Shown here piece by piece: positions 34,005-39,249 of a DNA stretch of 39,249 nt. Source of the stretch: Chiloscyllium plagiosum. Lineage: Eukaryota. How positions within the stretch are numbered: position 1 is the first letter of the stretch; the number at the start of each line of letters is the position of its first letter. The notes below the pieces were generated by a model, which was not told where the DNA came from, made no database searches, and saw only the letters and a program-made list of their open reading frames with translations. The translations under genes were made by a program, and so were the position numbers. Location: positions 69,177,418 to 69,216,666 of the forward strand of contig NC_057726.1 of the NCBI RefSeq assembly GCF_004010195.1. Direction: 5' to 3'.

Positions 34005-34118
34005 TGAACAGTGACAGTATTTTGCAAAAGGAATTCTTGACTAGATGTGCTGTAGCAGGATTATTACTTCTCATGTTGGTAACTTTTGTGATACATGACA
34101 AATTAGATCCAATTAAAG
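34005..34118 (+). CDS. Third paralogous transmembrane exon containing Arg (gene C, or alternative exon of gene B)
   Basis: Branch-like gctaac, pyrimidine tract, ttag|TG...AAAG|gtaaga, 114 bp, phase 1-1; VNSDSILQKEFLTRCAVAGLLLLMLVTFVIHDK aligns to gene A SGCAVGGLII. Confidence 0.7.
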
Positions 34119-34489
34119 GTAAGACTTGAAACAATCTATGTTCAGAATTCTATGGGAATATTTAATTACAACACAATGCTTGTTGTGTGCAGGTTTTCAT
34201 TTGCTGTGTGTTGGAAGCATAATGATAGATGGAGTCAAAACCTTATCTCACCCACGCTAAGAAACCAAGGCCTATAAATAGAGAGGTGGGACATACCACT
34301 AACCTAATCTCTTCCTCAGGCTAATTTATCTCTGCTTAAAAATAAAGTTCAATAACATTTCAGTCTTTATGTTAATGGGGGGCAGTGATCTGAACACAGT
34401 AAGTTACAATCAGCAAATTCTGAATTAGAAAATGATCTTATTTCCATTTAACAACAGAAGGGAATGCAACTTTATCCCTTATTATGAGA

Positions 34490-35285
34490 ATGAGGCTGAG
34501 AAGTGTCAGATGGAGTTTAATTCAGATATATGTGAGGTGCTTCATTTTGGAAAAGCAAATCTTATCAGGACTTATACACTTGATGGTAAGGTCCGCGGGA
34601 GTGTTGCTGAACAAAGAGACCTTCGAGTGCAGTTTCATATCTCCTTGAAAATAGAGTCACAGGTAGATAGGATCGTGAAGAGGGCATTTGGTTGCTTTCC
34701 TTTACTGGTTAGAGTATTGAGTACACGAGTTGTGAGGTCATGTTGCGGCTGTGCAGGACATTGGTTAGGCCACTGTTGGAATATTGCATGCAATCGGAAG
34801 AATGTTGTGAAACTTGAAAGGTTTCCGAAAAGATTTACAAGGATGTTGCCAGGGTTGGAGGAATTGATCTTTCCGGAGAGGCTGAACAGGCTGGGGCTAT
34901 TTTCCCTGGAGCGTCAGAAGCTGAGCGGTGACCTTATCGAGGTTTACAAAATCATGAGGGGCATCGATTGTCTATTTATCCTAAGTCTTTTCCCTGAGGT
35001 TGGGGAGTCCAGAACTAGAGGGCATAGGTTTAGGGTGAGACGGGAAAGGTTTAAAAGAGACCTAAGGGCAACTTTTTCACGCAGAGGATGGTTCGTGTAT
35101 GGAATGAGCTGCCAGAGTAAATGGTGGAGGCTAGTACAATTGCAACATTTAAAAGGTATTTGGATAGGAAGTGTTTGGACCGGTTGCTGGCAGGTGGGAC
35201 GAGAGTGGGTTGGGATATCTGGTCAGCATGGACGAATTGGACCAAACGATCTGTTTCTGTTCTGTATCTCTCTGACTCTATGACC
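34490..35285 (+). mobile_element. CR1 LINE 3' fragment
   Basis: QMEFNSD.CEVLHFGK, RFTRMLPGL, RLGLFSLE...GDLIEVYKIM, TRGH; ctatgac tail. Confidence 0.9.
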
Positions 35286-35717
35286 AGTTTGATTGACTGT
35301 AGCATAACGTTTGACTAACATGATGGCAAATGGTGTTTATGATGAAATTGATCATTGATGATAATGTTGTTCACAAGTCAGTTTAGAGATAACAGCCAGT
35401 TCTAGGAACAGCTTCATTTTTGTTTTTAAAAAATTGAAAGTTTTTATAGTGTACAACACACATACTTCATTATTTTCTGAATTCTTGGACAACAAAGCAC
35501 CTCCCATCATGGGTCCCCAATGTTGCCTTTGCCCTAAACATATGGTTAATGACCACTTATTTCTCCAACCATACTCACGCATACGCAATCCAGCAGTTTC
35601 TGTGACAGTTTACGTTGTGTCTCTGAAGACTGGGTAGTTATTCAAGTGTGTGGAGAGGCATAACCACACTCAAAGTGTAACAGAAACTGTTAGACATGTT
35701 CATACTTTCTGTTTCAG

Positions 35718-36470
35718 AGTCATAGAAGCAGGACTGGGCCATTTATAAAGATCATGGCTGATCTATCCACCGTCTCAGCTCCTCCTGCCTGCATTATTCC
35801 CAGAACACTTAATTTCCCTACCATGCAAACACACATCCAACTGTATCTTGAATTTATTCAATAAGGCCTTTACTGCTTCCTTGGGCAGATAATTCACTAC
35901 TCTCTGGAAAATGCAGTTCCTCCTCATCTTTGTCCTAAATCTACTCCCACTAATCTTGAGGTCATGTCCCCTAGTCCTCACCTCACCCACCAGCGGAAAC
36001 AATTTGCCTGAGTCTACCTTAATTATGCCTTTCATAATTTTATCCGTTTCTGTAAGATCCCCTCTCATTCTTCGAAATTCCAGTGAGTATAGTCCCAGGT
36101 GGCTCATCCTCTCCTCATCATCTTCTGAAATTAACCTGGTGAACCGCCTCTGCACCGCCTCCTAAGCCAGGACAGAGGAGACTTGATTGTCCAAAGGACA
36201 CGGGTGGGCAGTATTTCGGTCGGCTAATTGAATCCTGGATTATCAAATGTCAATTAATATAGTTTAGCCAAGCATCAAGACCTTGTGATCTTGCTGGATA
36301 ATCCAATTTTCGGATAATTGAATGCTGGATAATCAAGGTTCCTTTGTATATCTTTCCTCAATTAAGGAGACCCGAACGGCACACAATACTCCAGGTGTGA
36401 CCAGACCAACACCTTGTACAATTGCAGCAGAACCTCTCTGCTATAAAATTCAATCGCTCAAGCAATGAAA
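35718..36470 (-). mobile_element. CR1 3' fragment interrupted by a MITE
   Basis: VQRRFTRLI...LGLYSLEFRRMRGDL...TRGH; continues after 36347 (cggcacacaatactccaggtg). Confidence 0.85.
36173..36346. mobile_element. Tc1/pogo-type MITE (same family as 31238)
   Basis: cagaggagacttgattgtcc ... ggataatcaaggttcctttg followed by TA; nested in CR1. Confidence 0.68.
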
Positions 36471-37229
36471 ACTCAAGTCAATGTCTTAATTCAGTTAGTT
36501 ATGAATGAATATCCACAGAAATGATTCTTGTCCATTTGTCCTGTCCTAGCTGCAGCAGGGTTGGAATGCATTATTAACCTGGATAGTGATATTCTGATTT
36601 TGTTCGTTGTTTATGCCTTTGGAGTTTGCATTTGTTTTTGACTTGGTGCCCCAGGAAGAGGACTATTTTAGTTTCTCTTTGTTGTGAGTTCTGACCCCTT
36701 GCAAGAGCCAAAGGGGCTTCTATTTTAGTCCCAGACTGACCCTATCCCAGATGTGCTTGATCTGGATCAGTGTGAGGGGAGTTTTATTTCTAGTTGAAAT
36801 GAGCAGGGGAACTTCCTCTAATTTTAAACATTGTTGTCCCTGTCCCAGGAGCGTTCGATGGGGACAGAGCCAAAGGGGTTTATTTATTTAATTGCTTATT
36901 TGTTTGTTTATTTGTTTCCTTTGATATTGCTTGACTTCCCTTTTATTTTTTGCCCATTGTGTTCCCGCCCAAAGCAAGTTGATGGGGATGGAGTCAAGGG
37001 AGATCTATTGTTTGTTTACTTGTTTTTCCTCAGAGCAGTAAGGTCTTTTCTGTTGTTTAATAAAGTCAAGGCAGCTTTATTTTTGTTTTCAAATTACGGA
37101 GTGGGATTTGCGCTGTGTTTCAAGGACTGATATCCCTATCCTGGGAGTGTCTGATCGAAACAGTGTTGGAGATCTTGGATTTTTTTCTATTTACACCTTT
37201 TGTTGACAAGAGTGACACGTTGCTTTACA

Positions 37230-38210
37230 GACTAGAGGTATGTCACCAGCAGTATGCCCCAAGGATTAATTCTGGGTCCTCTTTTGTTTGTCATTGATGT
37301 GGATGATTTGGATGCAAATATAGACGGCATGGTTAGGAATCTTGTGGACAACTCAAAAATTGATGGCATAATAGTCATTGAACAAGGTTTTCCTGATTAC
37401 ACATTCTTCTTGATCAAATGGGTCAATGGGCTGTCAATGGAAGATGGAGTTCAATCTGGATCAATGTGAAATATTTTATTTTGGTAAAACACACAGGGAC
37501 AAGAATTAGACAATTAATGCTGGGGCCTTGAGTAGTGTTATAGAACAGAGGGGACTAAGGGTTCAGCTACATAATTCTTATATGAAAGAAGTGGTTAAAA
37601 AGTGCCTTCATTGTGCAGTTCTTTGAGTATAGGAGTTGGGAAGCCATTCTGAGGTTGTGTCATACATTGGTGAGGCCTCATCAGGAATACTGTGTCCAAA
37701 TGTGGTCGTCCAGTCTTATGAAGAATATTATTAAGCTGCAGAGGGTTCATAAGGGATTTATCAGGATCTTGCTGGGTAAAGAAGCTTTGAGTTATGAATA
37801 AAGGCTGAATAAGCTGGGACTGTTACCACAGAGCGTATGAAGTTGAGAGGTGAGATTACAGAGGTATATAAAAATCATGTAGATACAGTTATTCGTAGGG
37901 TTCTTTTCACTAGGATGGCAGATTGCAAGACTAGGGGCACATGTTTAAGGTAAGAGGAGGGTGGTTAAAAAAGATGCGAGGGGGAATTTCTTTTACACTG
38001 CGGGTGCTCCACATGTGGAATGAAATTCATGAAGTAGTGGCGGATGTGTTCACAGTTACAAATCTTAAAACACACTGCAAGAACAGGAAAGATTTGGAGG
38101 GATATGGGCCAAAATCAGGCAGGTGGCAATAGCTTAGTTTGGGATTATGTTTGGAAAGGAGCAGTTCGACTAAAGGGTCTGTGTCTGTGTTGTATGACTT
38201 TATGACTCCA
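37230..38210 (+). mobile_element. CR1 LINE RT to 3' fragment
   Basis: PQGLILGPLLFVI.VDDLD, LVRPH.EYCVQ.WS; tatgact tail. Confidence 0.85.
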
Positions 38211-38280
38211 TAAGCAGAAAGCACATACATAAGCAAGACCAAACGTTGTACATGCAAATGTTGTTCTGTTTCTGTATCAG

Positions 38281-38366
38281 TCGAAGCAAACACTCAGGGA
38301 CACAATATGGTGCTACTTTCTTCATCTTTATTCCAAGCCCTCGAAAGAGAGCGACTGGCCACATAG
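38281..38366 (+). CDS. Candidate cytoplasmic exon downstream of the third TM exon
   Basis: tttctgtatcag| ... ACATAG|gtaagg; phase 1-0 like the 44-bp exons; VEANTQGHNMVLLSSSLFQALERERLAT*; no clear homology. Confidence 0.22.
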
Positions 38367-39249
38367 GTAAGGACATGAATTCTTGGTCTTCTGTCAAACA
38401 ACAGATTCTTAAGAAACTACATAGTCACTTACAGGAAGCAGCATCTAAATAAGGCAACATCTATATTGAGTGGGTTACCGTTACAATCAGCAAGCATCAA
38501 CAGTGAAGATTAAACCATCTGCCAATACACAATAGATGTTCTTCACCTCGTTAAACCACTGCCTGTGCCTCCAGCACCTCACCGTTTACTGCAAGCTCTT
38601 AGCTGGCCAAAGTCATGCCAGGTGAACCTTTGTCACGCAACCCTAAACTTAACTCTTTCCCTACCTGCTCATACCTTATACACATTCTCATTCCCTTCTT
38701 TTATCATTTCATGATAACCACCTAGATGACACTACCATCTTCTTCATAAAACTATTACTGCCAGCGCTTAAGCAAGTTATTGACACACAACATGCAATGA
38801 CTATAACAACAAAAATTACTCATCCGTGCAGTAGATAGGATCTGCAGGATCCTCCTACGTGGAAAAATGATTTCACCTGTAAAGTACTTAAGTCCACAGT
38901 TCTCATTGACAATTCCACCCCCTCCTAGTCGAGTGGAAATGAGACAGATATCCAAAATCTCCTTCAGTAAAGTCCAACCTGAAAATGAAATCCAGTCGTA
39001 CTTCTGCATTACTCCATGGAGAAATCGGAATTCTTAGATAAGGGCAGTTAACTACCTAAGAAAACTGACAAGACTTCCATCCTTGCGGAACTGCCTCAGA
39101 AGGAGGCTACCAGCGCATGAGTGTGCAGTGCAGCAGCTGCAGCAGCAGCAGCCTAGATGAATGCAGCATCCTTTGCTGCTTCTGCAGCTGCTTGGCTGTT
39201 AAATGTAACAAAGCCAACTGGCTATTTTGATGTTAGTTTGATCAGTAAA

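Noticed and set aside
34432-35283. 283-aa ORF as a host gene
   Set aside because: Frameshifted CR1 ORF2 C-terminus.
1-39249. CRISPR arrays, rRNA or true tRNA genes, prokaryotic systems
   Set aside because: Eukaryotic intron/repeat landscape; tRNA-like boxes belong to SINE heads; no repeat-spacer arrays.

Overview
Vertebrate genomic DNA, most likely a shark or other cartilaginous fish (inferred from the CR1 LINE, HE1-like SINE and Penelope repeat landscape), with a 500-N gap at 31875-32374. The + strand carries a tandem cluster of multi-exon Ig-superfamily receptor genes that the ORF track mostly misses. Gene A (3' part only) has a C1 exon, a neutral TM exon, a 44-bp exon and an ITIM-bearing tail. 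Gene B has a single-exon germline-joined VJ domain, a C1 exon, an Arg-containing TM exon and a paralogous 44-bp exon. A third, orphan Arg-containing TM exon lies at 34005-34118. Together they look like an inhibitory/activating paired family of non-rearranging VJ-C1 (antigen-receptor-like, SIRP/NKp30-like) receptors. A decayed, internally deleted, tRNA-Pro-primed class I endogenous retrovirus lies on the - strand (~26390-30720). It is interrupted by short Penelope-type elements that carry minimal hammerhead-ribozyme cores. The rest is CR1/L2 fragments, SINEs, Penelope GIY-YIG fragments, two Tc1/pogo-type MITEs and simple repeats. Exon models come from manual splice-site and phase reading without transcript support, and repeat boundaries are approximate.
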